From the IMG/VR virus record IMGVR_UViG_2651869691_000008: 37,385 nt of DNA. One strand, given 5' to 3'. The position numbers and the translations under genes are program-made. Each line of letters opens with the position of its first letter. The stretch's first letter is position 1. The stretch is from a virus (Duplodnaviria > Heunggongvirae > Uroviricota > Caudoviricetes). Of this stretch, positions 1 to 9,492 are shown one piece after another. The notes beneath the pieces were generated by a model, which made no database searches, was not told the origin of the DNA, and saw nothing but the letters and a program-made list of their open reading frames with translations.

Positions 1-549
1 ATGCAATTTAATATCCCTACGTTGCTTACACTGTTCCGTGTCATCCTTATCCCATTCTTTGTATTGGTCTTTTATTTGCCTGTCACCTGGTCGCCGTTTG
101 CCGCCGCGCTCATTTTCTGCGTCGCGGCGGTGACTGACTGGTTCGATGGTTTTCTGGCACGCCGCTGGAATCAGAGTACCCGGTTTGGTGCTTTCCTTGA
201 CCCTGTCGCAGATAAAGTTCTCGTGGCTATCGCCATGGTGCTGGTAACCGAGCATTACCACAGCTGGTGGGTGACCTTACCGGCAGCAACGATGATCGCC
301 CGTGAAATTATTATTTCTGCGCTACGCGAATGGATGGCGGAGTTGGGTAAACGCAGTAGCGTGGCTGTCTCCTGGATTGGGAAAGTGAAAACCACTGCCC
401 AGATGGTGGCGTTAGCCTGGCTGCTGTGGCGTCCGAACATTTGGGTTGAGTACGCCGGTATTGCACTTTTCTTTGTGGCTGCGGTACTGACTCTGTGGTC
501 AATGTTGCAATATTTGAGCGCTGCGCGTGCAGATTTGCTTGATCAGTGA
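1..549 (+). CDS. pgsA: CDP-diacylglycerol--glycerol-3-phosphate 3-phosphatidyltransferase (phosphatidylglycerophosphate synthase)
   Basis: 182-aa [23 protein letters not shown]...; full-length match to enterobacterial PgsA as I recall it; followed by the glyW-cysT-leuZ tRNAs as in E. coli. Confidence 0.9.
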
Positions 550-700
550 TCGTTTCGGCGCAATTTTCAGCAAACGATCAAAAGTGGTGAAAAATATCGT
601 TGACTCATCGCGCCAGGTAAGTAGAATGCAACGCATCGAACGGCGGCACTGATTGCCAGACGATAATAAAATCAAGTGATTAACTGATTGCTTGATGAAT

Positions 701-776
<76 letters not shown>

Positions 777-829
777 GTTTAAAAGGCATCGGCGTCAGCG
801 GATGTCTGGCTGAAAGGCCTGAAGAATTT

Positions 830-903
830 GGCGCGTTAACAAAGCGGTTATGTAGCGGATTGCAAATCCGTCTAGTCCGGTTCGACTCCGGAACGCGCCT
901 CCA
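830..903 (+). tRNA. cysT: tRNA-Cys (anticodon GCA)
   Basis: GGCGCGTTAACAAAGCGG...GATTGCAAATCC anticodon loop...GGTTCGACTCCGGAACGCGCCTCCA. Confidence 0.9.
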
Positions 904-915
904 CTTTCTTCCCGA

Positions 916-1002
916 GCCCGGATGGTGGAATCGGTAGACACAAGGGATTTAAAATCCCTCGGCGTTCGCGCTGTGCGGGTTCAAGTCCCGCTCCGGGTAC
1001 CA
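916..1002 (+). tRNA. leuZ: tRNA-Leu (anticodon TAA), long variable arm
   Basis: GCCCGGATGGTGGAATCGGTAGACACAAGGGATTTAAAATCCC...GGTTCAAGTCCCGCTCCGGGTACCA. Confidence 0.9.
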
Positions 1003-1045
1003 TGGGAAAGATAAGAATAAAATCAAAGCAATAAGCAGTGTCGTG

Positions 1046-1069
1046 AAACCACCTTCGGGTGGTTTTTTT
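1046..1069 (+). terminator. rho-independent terminator of the tRNA operon
   Basis: GC hairpin AAACCACC-TTCG-GGTGGTTT followed by a T-run. Confidence 0.6.
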
Positions 1070-1154
1070 GTATTTGTATTTTGTGCAATGGCGGTTGAGT
1101 GGCGATGGTGTGGCGATATGCAGAAACAATGGTAGTGCACGTGCTGTTTAAACT

Positions 1155-1259
1155 CTAAGGATGAAGCAGAATTCTTCTGCAGCTCCTCCGTATTTCGCAT
1201 AGTGAACCAGGACCTCTGTTAAACAAAAATTTTTCTGGGATTTTTCCACTCGACTTCAT
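1155..1259 (-). pseudogene. degenerate hok/gef-like remnant (retains SLCEIR motif, hydrophobic segment lost)
   Basis: minus-strand translation MKSSGKIPEKFLFNRGPGSLCEIRRSCRRILLHP; DNA 1185-1206 and upstream leader 1290-1395 are paralogous to the intact hok locus at 2011-2430. Confidence 0.3.
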
Positions 1260-1540
1260 TTTTCCTCCTGCAATCCACCAACAGGTACCTGCGCTAATCT
1301 ATCTTTTTAATCTGACAACATCTTGGGAAAAGGCAAATTCGTCAGATTTACTGTTTTTCTGCTGCCTCGAATCCCGATGTCTGAAGCACTGATAAGAGTT
1401 CTATCTCTTTGATATAGATCTTTTTTTTGATGAATTGCACGACATATTATCGTTATGACACCTTCTTGTTAAAGGTATTGTACTCCTCATCTCGATTTTA
1501 TGATGTGGGCTATGATTGGTTAGTAATAGAGTGTATCGGT

Positions 1541-1822
1541 ATGCGATGTGGTTTATTAATGGCAATCTGCCTTTGTTTAGTATCTTTTAGCGGATATGCA
1601 GCAACAGGAAAGTCTGATGCTCAGATCAAAAAAGAAATAATTAAAGAATCCATTGAATCTTATCCAGGCAATTGTGCGTGTCCTTATAATCATGCAAGGA
1701 ATGGTAGTAGATGTGGTGGACGCAGTGCATATAGCCGTAATGGAGGGTATGACGTGGTATGTTATGAGGGTGATGTTACCGATGAAATGATCCGGCAATG
1801 GAAGCAGGAGAATGCTGAGTAA
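1541..1822 (+). CDS. small secreted or periplasmic protein of unknown function (Sec-type signal peptide, several Cys)
   Basis: ATG at 1541 gives MRCGLLMAICLCLVSFSGYAATG...; AT-rich; start could be further upstream in the 1427 ORF; function unknown. Confidence 0.4.
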   Translation: MRCGLLMAICLCLVSFSGYAATGKSDAQIKKEIIKESIESYPGNCACPYNHARNGSRCGGRSAYSRNGGYDVVCYEGDVTDEMIRQWKQENAE

Positions 1823-1890
1823 TCTCTTTTAACAGGTTTGTTGTGCGAGCATTATGTGCCGTTAACGGTACACTAGCTAGTGATAGTTCC

Positions 1891-1931
1891 AAAAAGAAAA
1901 CCCGCAGTTCTTACGCTGCGGGTTTGTTGTT
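1891..1931. terminator. bidirectional hairpin terminator (CCCGCAG...CTGCGGG) flanked by A/T runs
   Basis: stem CCCGCAG / CTGCGGG with T-rich tracts on both strands; lies 3' of hok (minus) and of the 1541-1822 ORF (plus). Confidence 0.5.
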
Positions 1932-2010
1932 CATGTCTGTGAGATAGGGTGCCACTTCAGCCAACCTTAGCAACCGATTGACGGGGGATTGCTCCCCCGT
2001 CGCGGTTTCC

Positions 2011-2151
2011 TTACTGCTTACACTGTAAGAACGCCGCAAACTCCGCTCCCCAGAAGCTCATCCGTATTTCACACAGCGAACCGTGTAGCATCCAGATGAT
2101 GAGGATTACCGTCACGCAGAACGTGATGGCCGTAAGCGATTTTTGCGACAT
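2011..2151 (-). CDS. Hok/Gef-family type I toxin (46 aa, single TM helix)
   Basis: minus-strand ORF MSQKSLTAITFCVTVILIIWMLHGSLCEIRMSFWGAEFAAFLQCKQ, not in the ORF track because <60 aa; AAGGAG RBS 8 nt upstream; SLCEIR and E.AAF motifs typical of Hok; 3' hairpin GACGGGGGATTGCTCCCCCGTC at 1979-2000 and terminator at 1891-1931. Confidence 0.6.
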   Translation of the reverse strand: MSQKSLTAITFCVTVILIIWMLHGSLCEIRMSFWGAEFAAFLQCKQ

Positions 2152-2342
2152 AGCGCTTGCTCCTTTGTTGGAGAGGCGCTAACCTATCACTTGCTTAAGG
2201 TAGATATGTTAGGGCCTCGGTTAAACAGAAATGTTTTCCGGGGCCTTTCCACATCTGGCCTTCGGGTATTCCCTCCGACCATCAGCCGAAAGGCACCCGC
2301 GCGTAATCTATCGCTTTTTTGTTACTCCGGCAATTCTGCCTG

Positions 2343-2603
2343 TTAATTCTGAGGTAAAGGCAAACTCATCTGATTGTTTCCCCTGTGTGAAGCTGGCAGC
2401 TCATGCCACGGGATACCTTCTGAAGAGTGAACGCCGGAGGTGTGTTTTGATGTGAATTTATGGAAAGCTTCCAGTGTTGAGAAGCATACGCCGCATTCCA
2501 GGTTGTTACACTGGTAATACTTTTGCCGCACGGTGTTTGAATCATTTTCCGGACGACTGGTGCGGATACGGGCAGATGCGCCACAAAGCGGACAACGGAA
2601 CAT
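2343..2603 (-). CDS. ogr: Ogr/Delta-family zinc-finger late-gene transcriptional activator
   Basis: MFRCPLCGASARIRTSR...YYQCNNLECGVCF four-Cys motif as in P2 Ogr; AAGGGAGG RBS; its 3' coding end overlaps DNA paralogous to the hok leader. Confidence 0.8.
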   Translation of the reverse strand: MFRCPLCGASARIRTSRPENDSNTVRQKYYQCNNLECGVCFSTLEAFHKFTSKHTSGVHSSEGIPWHELPASHRGNNQMSLPLPQN

Positions 2604-2645
2604 AGCGACCTCCCTTAACGTGGTGCTGCTGCTATTCTAAGTTGC

Positions 2646-3755
2646 TCACTCTGTTTCTGCTATCCATTCCGGGATTTTTGCCTCAAGCTCAAGCTGCGTG
2701 GTAAAGCCGCTGTTATCGATGGTGTGCTCGGCTTTTGCAATAATCCAGTCCTGATTATCAATCTCGCTTTTAAATCCTGTTACCGTGCCATGCATTTCGG
2801 GGTAGAGTTCTGCACGACCACATGCCAGCGTGATGGAGAATGATGCGGCTCCGCGTTGTAGCTGCTGCCACTTTGCCGCCGCTGCGCGTCTTGCTGCCTG
2901 CTCGTTCTGATAAGTCTTGCGTAACACAAACACATTGCCTTCCGCGCCTTCCATATAATCACCTTCGCGGCTGCTGCTTTTCTCCTTTTTGGGTTTTGGC
3001 GGTTTGCGGTGTTTCACGCTGACTTTTTTCTTTTTCCCGTAATTAAGATCAAGCCAGTAAGCGCGTACCCCCGTATACGCTTCGCGGTCAGCAATGCGGA
3101 ACTGATGGCGATCGCCACTGCTGCGCGTGATGGCGAACGATGGCAACGGCTGGCCCTGTGCGTTCACGCCACCGCCTGGCATAATGAATAACAGATTACC
3201 GCTTTTTACCGTGGTGATTGCGCCCAGCATTTCCGCCATGCGCGTAAGGAAGGACATGTCGCTTTCTTCGGTCTGGTCGGCGTGGTCGATTTCGATATCC
3301 ATCAGCATTTCGCTGATTTGCGGTTTCAGACCATACCGATGAGCGATGGCGGATACCACACGCTCAACGGTCACATCATGCCAGGACACCTCACGTTTAA
3401 CGTTAAATTCATCCCGAAAATCTGCGCTTCTGGCTGAAACAGTCAGCCTGTCCGGCGGTCCTTCGTGAGCGATTTCATCAACAATGTAAGTGCCTTTTTC
3501 TGTCAGCGGTTCTCCTTTCCAGCCAATGAGAACCGTCAGGCGCGCGCCCCGTGGCGGTAGCTGCAACTGACCATCCGCATCATCCAGCGTGATGGTGAGC
3601 TGGTCCGCGTCAAATCCCCGGTTGTCGGTCAGTGACAGGCTCATCAGGCGCTCTGCCACGCCTGACAGCGTTTTACCCTCCGCGAGAATATCAAAATCCG
3701 GCATTTTCACGGGGTCTGTGCCCTGACTGAGCAATTGCATGGTGGTATCGGTCAT
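2646..3755 (-). CDS. P2 gpD-like tail protein (late control gene D)
   Basis: start refined to ATG at 3755 (GGAGGG RBS 5 nt upstream) within the 2646-3887 ORF; by P2 synteny the gene preceding ogr is D; family call from position and size. Confidence 0.8.
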   Translation of the reverse strand: MTDTTMQLLSQGTDPVKMPDFDILAEGKTLSGVAERLMSLSLTDNRGFDADQLTITLDDADGQLQLPPRGARLTVLIGWKGEPLTEKGTYIVDEIAHEGPPDRLTVSARSADFRDEFNVKREVSWHDVTVERVVSAIAHRYGLKPQISEMLMDIEIDHADQTEESDMSFLTRMAEMLGAITTVKSGNLLFIMPGGGVNAQGQPLPSFAITRSSGDRHQFRIADREAYTGVRAYWLDLNYGKKKKVSVKHRKPPKPKKEKSSSREGDYMEGAEGNVFVLRKTYQNEQAARRAAAAKWQQLQRGAASFSITLACGRAELYPEMHGTVTGFKSEIDNQDWIIAKAEHTIDNSGFTTQLELEAKIPEWIAETE

Positions 3756-3912
3756 CTGTTCCCTCCCTGTGCGGCATGGTCGCATGTGCGTGCGGAGGGG
3801 GTTACTGCTTTTTGTTGTCGCCGGATCGGGAGAACGGCACAGGGGTGAGATTACGCGCGTGGTGGGTGATGATTGTTGCCGAATCATTTAACGGATACAA
3901 GGGGCTAAAGCT

Positions 3913-5097
3913 ATGAGTGAAACTCGTTTTCATGGTGCCCGTGTTACGGAAAATACCGACCTGGTAACAGCGATTAACGATGTTGATTCCAGCGTTATCG
4001 GTATCGTGGCAACGGCGGATGATGCGGACGCGAAGCTGTTCCCGCTGAACAAGCCCACACTGCTGACCCGCGTCAATGACGTGCTGGGAAAATGCGGGAC
4101 AACGGGGACGCTTTATCGTGCGCTTAAGGCCATCGCAGACCAGGTGAGCACAAAGGTGATCGTCGTTCGCGTGGCTGAACACAAAGAAGAAGACGGAAAG
4201 ACGCAGGATCAACTGGTTATCGGTGGTTCTGAATCTGACGGCAGCTATACGGGGATGTATGCGCTGCTTGTTGCAGAGCAGGATGAAAGCATCGGATACC
4301 GTCCGCGTATTCTGGCCGCGCCGGAGCTGGACACGGAGGCGGTGACAAAATCCCTGTGCGTGATTGCGGGTAAACTGCGCGCGTTTGTGTATGCCTCATG
4401 TCACGGCTGTAACACGATGGCTGAGGTGATTACCTACCGCCAGAAATTCAACGAACGTGAGGTGATGCTCTTATGGCCGGACTTCATCGCCTACAACCCG
4501 AAAAGTGGCAAAAACGAAACGTTCCCCGCGCCTGCCTATGCGTGCGGCCTTCGTGCGTACATTGACCATGAGCAGGGATGGCACAAATCACTGTCCAACG
4601 TTCCGGTTAAAAATGTGCTGGGGATGTCCAGGCATGTGTTCTGGTCGTTGCAGGCCGAAGACAGCGATGCCAACAGCCTCAACAACAAAGAAATCACGAC
4701 CATTATTCGTCGCAACGGGTTCCGCTTCTGGGGCAACCGCACACCGGAAACGAACGCCTACATCTTTGAGGTGTATACCCGAACCGCACAGGTGCTGGCT
4801 GATTCAATTGCGGAAGCGCAGTTTGAAACCATCGACAGTCCACTGACGCCTGCGAACGTGAAAGATGTTATCAGTGCCATCAGGGCAAAACTGGATTCAC
4901 TGGTTACTGCCGGGAAACTGATTGGGGCGTCGTGCTGGTATGACGTGGTGGATAACGGCACCACGAATTTACGTCAGGGGCGTGTGCGTATTCGCTACAA
5001 ATATACGCCTGTTCCCCCGCTGGAAGACATGGAGCTTTACCAGTCGTTTACTGATGAATTCTTTGGTCCCGCATTTGCGGTGCTGGGAGGTGTCTGA
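3913..5097 (+). CDS. contractile tail sheath protein (P2 gpFI-like)
   Basis: 394-aa ORF; sheath-like size and position ahead of the tube gene; opposite strand to D/ogr. Confidence 0.85.
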   Translation: MSETRFHGARVTENTDLVTAINDVDSSVIGIVATADDADAKLFPLNKPTLLTRVNDVLGKCGTTGTLYRALKAIADQVSTKVIVVRVAEHKEEDGKTQDQLVIGGSESDGSYTGMYALLVAEQDESIGYRPRILAAPELDTEAVTKSLCVIAGKLRAFVYASCHGCNTMAEVITYRQKFNEREVMLLWPDFIAYNPKSGKNETFPAPAYACGLRAYIDHEQGWHKSLSNVPVKNVLGMSRHVFWSLQAEDSDANSLNNKEITTIIRRNGFRFWGNRTPETNAYIFEVYTRTAQVLADSIAEAQFETIDSPLTPANVKDVISAIRAKLDSLVTAGKLIGASCWYDVVDNGTTNLRQGRVRIRYKYTPVPPLEDMELYQSFTDEFFGPAFAVLGGV

Positions 5098-5609
5098 TGG
5101 CTGTACCAAAACATCTTCGCTTTTTTACGCTGTTTGTGGATGGTGAAAACGAAGTGGGTAAGGTGACGTCCGTCACCCTGCCTAAACTGACGCGCAAAAC
5201 CGACAGCTATCGTGGTGGTGGCATGATGGGGGCGGTAAGTATTGATCTCGGTCTGGACGACTCCGCGCTTGATGCGAGTTTTGTTATGGGGGGAGCTGTT
5301 CGTGCGCTGTTCCTTAAATATGGCGGCACGATTGACGGCACGCTGCTGCGTTTTGCGGGTGAATACTACACCGATGCAGAAAGCGATCTGTATGAAATCG
5401 AGATGCGCGGACGTGTGACGGAAATTGATATGGGGGAAGCCAAACAGGGCGAAGCCACATCACACACTTACGCCATTAAAAACACCTACTACAAGCTGAG
5501 TGTTAACGATCGCCCGTTGTGGGAGATTGACCTGCTGAACTTCATTTACCGGAAGGACGGCAAGGACATTGTGCCCGATCGCATCCGTTCCGCGCTTGGG
5601 CTTGGCTGA
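5097..5609 (+). CDS. tail tube protein (P2 gpFII-like)
   Basis: 170-aa ORF; start overlaps the sheath stop (TGATG). Confidence 0.85.
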   Translation: MAVPKHLRFFTLFVDGENEVGKVTSVTLPKLTRKTDSYRGGGMMGAVSIDLGLDDSALDASFVMGGAVRALFLKYGGTIDGTLLRFAGEYYTDAESDLYEIEMRGRVTEIDMGEAKQGEATSHTYAIKNTYYKLSVNDRPLWEIDLLNFIYRKDGKDIVPDRIRSALGLG

Positions 5610-5663
5610 TAAGTAATATGCAGGCGGCGCAGTGCGTCGCCTCTGACTGAAAGGAGTTTCCTG

Positions 5664-6029
5664 ATGAAAGAGACGAAAAACATCGATACCGAAAACACGG
5701 TCGTTGCTGACACTGTGAAAGAAACCAGTGAGCGTGGCGTAAAACTTACCCAACCAATTGAGCGAGGCGGCGAAAAAATCACGTATGTGGAGATCACCGG
5801 AGCTATTGAGCAGGCTGGATCTCTGCGAGATTTGTCGCTGTCTGATGTGCTGAATCTGAAAGCGGAATCCATGTTTACGCTGCTGTCACGCGTGACATCA
5901 CCGCGACTGGATGAAGTGACGATCAAAAAAATGGCATCCCGTGACTTTATTCAGTTATGTGCGGTTGCCGTAAATTTTTTGAGCGGTGCGGACTCTGGCG
6001 GGAAGAACGAACAGGCGACGGAAGCCTGA
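5664..6029 (+). CDS. tail assembly chaperone (P2 gpE-like)
   Basis: 121-aa acidic ORF immediately upstream of the tape-measure gene. Confidence 0.75.
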   Translation: MKETKNIDTENTVVADTVKETSERGVKLTQPIERGGEKITYVEITGAIEQAGSLRDLSLSDVLNLKAESMFTLLSRVTSPRLDEVTIKKMASRDFIQLCAVAVNFLSGADSGGKNEQATEA

Positions 6030-6193
6030 TCACGATTGTGTGCTTTGAGCACATAGAAGACTTTGTGGCAGATATTGCCGTTATTTTTAACTGGTCGCCC
6101 GCCGAAATCTTCATGATGACGCCCGGCGAAGTGGTTAGCTGGCGTGAGCGGGCGGCACTTCGCAGCGGGAGTGCAGACAATGAAGACTCTTGA
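5664..6193 (+). CDS. gpE+E' fusion chaperone made by programmed -1 frameshift at the T-run 5975-5981
   Basis: slippery TTTTTTG at 5975-5981 in the E frame; the -1 frame continues ...FFERCGLWREERTGDGSLITIVCFEHIEDFVADIAVIFNWSP... to a stop at 6193, overlapping the T start. Confidence 0.6.
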
Positions 6194-8987
6194 TATCCGG
6201 GTCGCTTTCAGCGCCGTTGACAGGCTGACCCGGCCTGCCGAAAACGCCCGCCGCCTGATGGGGCAGTTTGGTGACTCCATCCAGCGAACGCAGGGGGCGA
6301 TCAAAAATCTCGAGCGTCAGGCGCGTTCATTTGAGCGCGCCCGCGACGCTGTCAGTAAAGCGGATGCGGGTATCGTGAAAGCACGACGCCAGCTTAACGC
6401 CCTTAATCAGTTACAACGCACGGGTACAGTGCTCAGCGAAAAACAACAAAAGCTGATGCAGCAGTTAAGCAGCCGGCTTGAACGCCTGAATGAATCGCGC
6501 ACACGGGAAATTCAGAAAATGCGGGAACTTGGCGGAGAGCTGAAACGCCACGGCATTTCCCTGACAGGCAGCGATAACACCATCCAGCAGGCCATCAGAC
6601 GCACCGAACAGTACAACAACCAGCTTGAACGCGAACGGCAGGCGCTTGCGCGTGTAACGCGGGCGCGTGAGCGGTATTCGCGCGCGCAGGAAACCGCGGG
6701 AAAACTGAAAACAGGTGGTGCGCTGGCAATTGGTGCTGCAGCGGCTGGCGGCTATGCTGCCGGGCGTTTTTTGCAGCCTGCGATCGGGTTCGGCAAAGAG
6801 ATGTCCCGCGTTCAGGCACTGACGCGAATCGACAAAAACAGCCCGCAGTTTAAGGCGCTGCGTGAGCAGGCGTTAAAACTTGGTTCTGAAACACAGTTTA
6901 CTGCGAGTGATGCCGCCAGTGGGCAGAGCTTTCTGGCAATGGCTGGTTTTACTCCGCAGGCCATTCAGGCCGCATTGCCCGGTGTTCTTAATATGGCGCT
7001 GGCAGGTGGCGTCGAACTCGGCGAGACGGCTGATATAGGCTCCAATATCCTCACACAGTTCAACCTGACAGCCGATCAAATGGACCGGGTTGGCGATACG
7101 CTGACAGCAGCATTCACCCGGACCAATACTGATTTACGCGCGCTGGGCGAAACCATGAAGTATACCGGTCCGGTTGCCGCAAAACTTGGTATCAGTCTTG
7201 AAGAAGCGGCGGCCATGGCCGGGATGCTTGCCAATAATGGTCTTCGCGGAAGCGATGCTGGTACGGCCATGCGCGCAAGTCTGTCCCGCCTTGCATCACC
7301 GCCAAAAGCTGCGGCTGATGCACTGAAAGAGCAGGGGGTGTCAGTTGCTGACGCCAGAGGCAAAATGCGCCCGATGGAGGATGTGCTGCTTGATCTCTAT
7401 AAGGCGACACAAAAATACGGACAGGTGGACCAGGTCTCCTTCTTCAAGGACATCGCCGGAGAAGAGGCGTTCGTTGGTTTGCAGACGCTTGTTGCGGCGG
7501 CTGGTTCAGGAGAACTGCAAAAACTGACCAGAGAATTGCAGGGGGCAAGGGGAGAGGCCGATCGCGTTGCAAAAGTAATGGCCGATAATCTTGATGGAGA
7601 CCTGAAAAATCTCGACAGCGCATGGGAAGGTCTTCGTATTCGCATCAGTGATCTGGTTGACGGTCCGCTGCGTTCTGTCACGCAGTGGCTCACGCGGGTG
7701 CTTGAAAAAATCACCTCGCTGGCGCAGGCCCATCCGGTACTGACGCGCCAGCTACTGATAGCAAGCGGTGCGTTGCTGGCAATGACTGCAACGATTGGCT
7801 CGTTGTCGCTGGTTATTGGGGTGCTTTACGGGAAGCTGGCCACCTTGCGTCTTGGTTTCGACATTCTTACCCGGTCAATGAATGTCATCAGGGTGTTGCC
7901 TGCGCTGTGGGGAATGGTGACGGGTTCTGTTTCTTTGCTGGGAGGAGCTATCGGGGCGCTGTTCAGTCCGGTTAGTCTTATCGTGGCTGCGCTTGCCGGC
8001 GCTGCCGTTCTTATCTGGAAATACTGGGATCCCATCAGGGCATTTTTTGCCGGGGTGTTCAGCGGGATTATGGAAAGGCTGAACCCGTTGCGTGAAACCT
8101 TTGAACGGTTTGGCCCTGTTTTTGACGCAATCGGAAGCGGGATCAGCCAGGTGTTTAACTGGTTTAAATCGCTGCTGTCACCGATGGAGTCCAGCAAGGA
8201 AACGCTGGATAAATGTACCAGTGCTGGCGAGATATTCGGTAACGTTCTTGGTGGCGCGTTACAGCTTGTTCTGACGCCTGCAAAAATGTTGCTGGATACG
8301 CTGGCGTGGATACTTGAAAAACTCGGTGTTCTTCCGGATGAAGCGGAAAGGGCGAGAAAGAAAATCGAAGACGCACAGCGTGCGGCCATTCTTCAGGACA
8401 AGGTTGCCTTACTTCAAGGGGACCTGGCGAAAATCAATCCGCCGAAGCCTGTGGAAAATGGCAATGGCACCGGAGGTGATAAACCCAAAGACAACAAACC
8501 GCTCACAGACAGCAATACCGGGACGCTACGCAGACTCAGCAAAATTGCTGATAACACAGGTAAGCTGGTTGATGAGACGAAAAAACGCATTGGCCCCGGC
8601 GATATTGTCTTTAAGAACCTGCCCCGCGCACTTGCTGTTCGTGGGGAGTGGCAGGAGCGGAAGATTGCGCAGGTCAGTAAGCCTGCCCCCGCAATTAATA
8701 TCACACCTGTGGTTCCGGCTCCGCTGCCTCCGGCGCTGGTCCCTGTTGTTGCGGCCAGCTCCCGCCCGGTGGCAGAGGCCATACGATCGCCAGTGGCATC
8801 AGTTCCTGCAACTTCCCGTAACCGGGAGACTGTTGCCTCCGGATTTGGCGGTGAAATTCATGTTCATCTGCATAACGTTGTTACGCAGAATCCCCGCGAA
8901 CTGGCGAAACTGGTCGGTGAAATGGTCAGGGCAGAGATGGAACGGCGCGCCCGTGCCGGGCGTGGCAGTTTTTACGATAAAGATTGA
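6180..8987 (+). CDS. tail tape measure protein (P2 gpT-like)
   Basis: long ORF, coiled-coil-rich N-terminus, Ala/Gly-rich hydrophobic middle; ATG at 6180 preferred (GGGAG RBS) over GTG at 6144. Confidence 0.85.
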   Translation: MKTLDIRVAFSAVDRLTRPAENARRLMGQFGDSIQRTQGAIKNLERQARSFERARDAVSKADAGIVKARRQLNALNQLQRTGTVLSEKQQKLMQQLSSRLERLNESRTREIQKMRELGGELKRHGISLTGSDNTIQQAIRRTEQYNNQLERERQALARVTRARERYSRAQETAGKLKTGGALAIGAAAAGGYAAGRFLQPAIGFGKEMSRVQALTRIDKNSPQFKALREQALKLGSETQFTASDAASGQSFLAMAGFTPQAIQAALPGVLNMALAGGVELGETADIGSNILTQFNLTADQMDRVGDTLTAAFTRTNTDLRALGETMKYTGPVAAKLGISLEEAAAMAGMLANNGLRGSDAGTAMRASLSRLASPPKAAADALKEQGVSVADARGKMRPMEDVLLDLYKATQKYGQVDQVSFFKDIAGEEAFVGLQTLVAAAGSGELQKLTRELQGARGEADRVAKVMADNLDGDLKNLDSAWEGLRIRISDLVDGPLRSVTQWLTRVLEKITSLAQAHPVLTRQLLIASGALLAMTATIGSLSLVIGVLYGKLATLRLGFDILTRSMNVIRVLPALWGMVTGSVSLLGGAIGALFSPVSLIVAALAGAAVLIWKYWDPIRAFFAGVFSGIMERLNPLRETFERFGPVFDAIGSGISQVFNWFKSLLSPMESSKETLDKCTSAGEIFGNVLGGALQLVLTPAKMLLDTLAWILEKLGVLPDEAERARKKIEDAQRAAILQDKVALLQGDLAKINPPKPVENGNGTGGDKPKDNKPLTDSNTGTLRRLSKIADNTGKLVDETKKRIGPGDIVFKNLPRALAVRGEWQERKIAQVSKPAPAINITPVVPAPLPPALVPVVAASSRPVAEAIRSPVASVPATSRNRETVASGFGGEIHVHLHNVVTQNPRELAKLVGEMVRAEMERRARAGRGSFYDKD

Positions 8988-8993
8988 GGAGTC

Positions 8994-9488
8994 ATGGCCA
9001 TGATGATGATCTATGGCATGTTTGTTTTTGAGCTGCGCACGTTGCCGCATCAGCAGTTACAGCAAAACAAAAGCTGGCGGCATGTGAAAAATGAACGCGT
9101 TAACCGTTCAGCAAGCTGGCAGTATATCGGGGCAGGCGATGATCGCATCGTTCTTTCTGGTGTGCTTTATCCTGAAATTACAGGTGGCGAAGTGTCGCTT
9201 TCGTTGCTGACCTCGCAGGCATATACAGGACGCCCCTGGCCTCTGATTGATGGTGTCGGGCAGATTTACGGCATGTATGTCCTGACCGGAACGAATACGA
9301 CCCGCTCCGAGTTTGATCGCTACGGTAAGGCGAAAAAGATAGAATTTTCACTGACTCTTGAACGCTGTGATGAGGATTTGCGGGAGCGCCTGCAATCCTC
9401 ATCGTTCAGTGATATGCTGTCCGGCTTCAAAGATAAGGTCACATCATCCCTTAACAGCGCGGCCAGCTCCGTTAAAGGGCTGTTTTGA
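8994..9488 (+). CDS. tail protein (P2 gpU-like)
   Basis: 164-aa ORF directly after the tape measure; GAGGAG RBS. Confidence 0.75.
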   Translation: MAMMMIYGMFVFELRTLPHQQLQQNKSWRHVKNERVNRSASWQYIGAGDDRIVLSGVLYPEITGGEVSLSLLTSQAYTGRPWPLIDGVGQIYGMYVLTGTNTTRSEFDRYGKAKKIEFSLTLERCDEDLRERLQSSSFSDMLSGFKDKVTSSLNSAASSVKGLF

Positions 9489-9492
9489 TTAA

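Noticed and set aside
916-1002. tRNA-Leu as the prophage attachment site
   Set aside because: The integrase is at the far (right) end and the left prophage end appears to fall in the hok leader/ogr 3' region around 2.3-2.5 kb, about 1.3 kb from the tRNA; a tRNA-overlapping att cannot be confirmed from this window.
2143-2455. Plus-strand ORFs 2143-2346 and 2231-2455
   Set aside because: They are antisense to the hok leader and the ogr 3' end; the region is better explained by the minus-strand hok mRNA leader and ogr.
3756-3912. Ogr-dependent late promoter dyad (TGT-N12-ACA) in the D/FI divergent region, and likewise in 22235-22387
   Set aside because: I scanned for a perfect TGT-N12-ACA and found none; degenerate matches cannot be called by eye, so no promoter feature is reported.
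6144-6179. GTG at 6144 as the tape-measure start
   Set aside because: The in-frame ATG at 6180 has a GGGAG RBS at proper spacing and still overlaps the E' stop, so it is the more likely start.
6595-8782. Several minus-strand ORFs (for example 7826-8389, 8414-8782) inside the tape-measure gene
   Set aside because: Antisense frames within a long, compositionally biased gene; no RBS or homology support.
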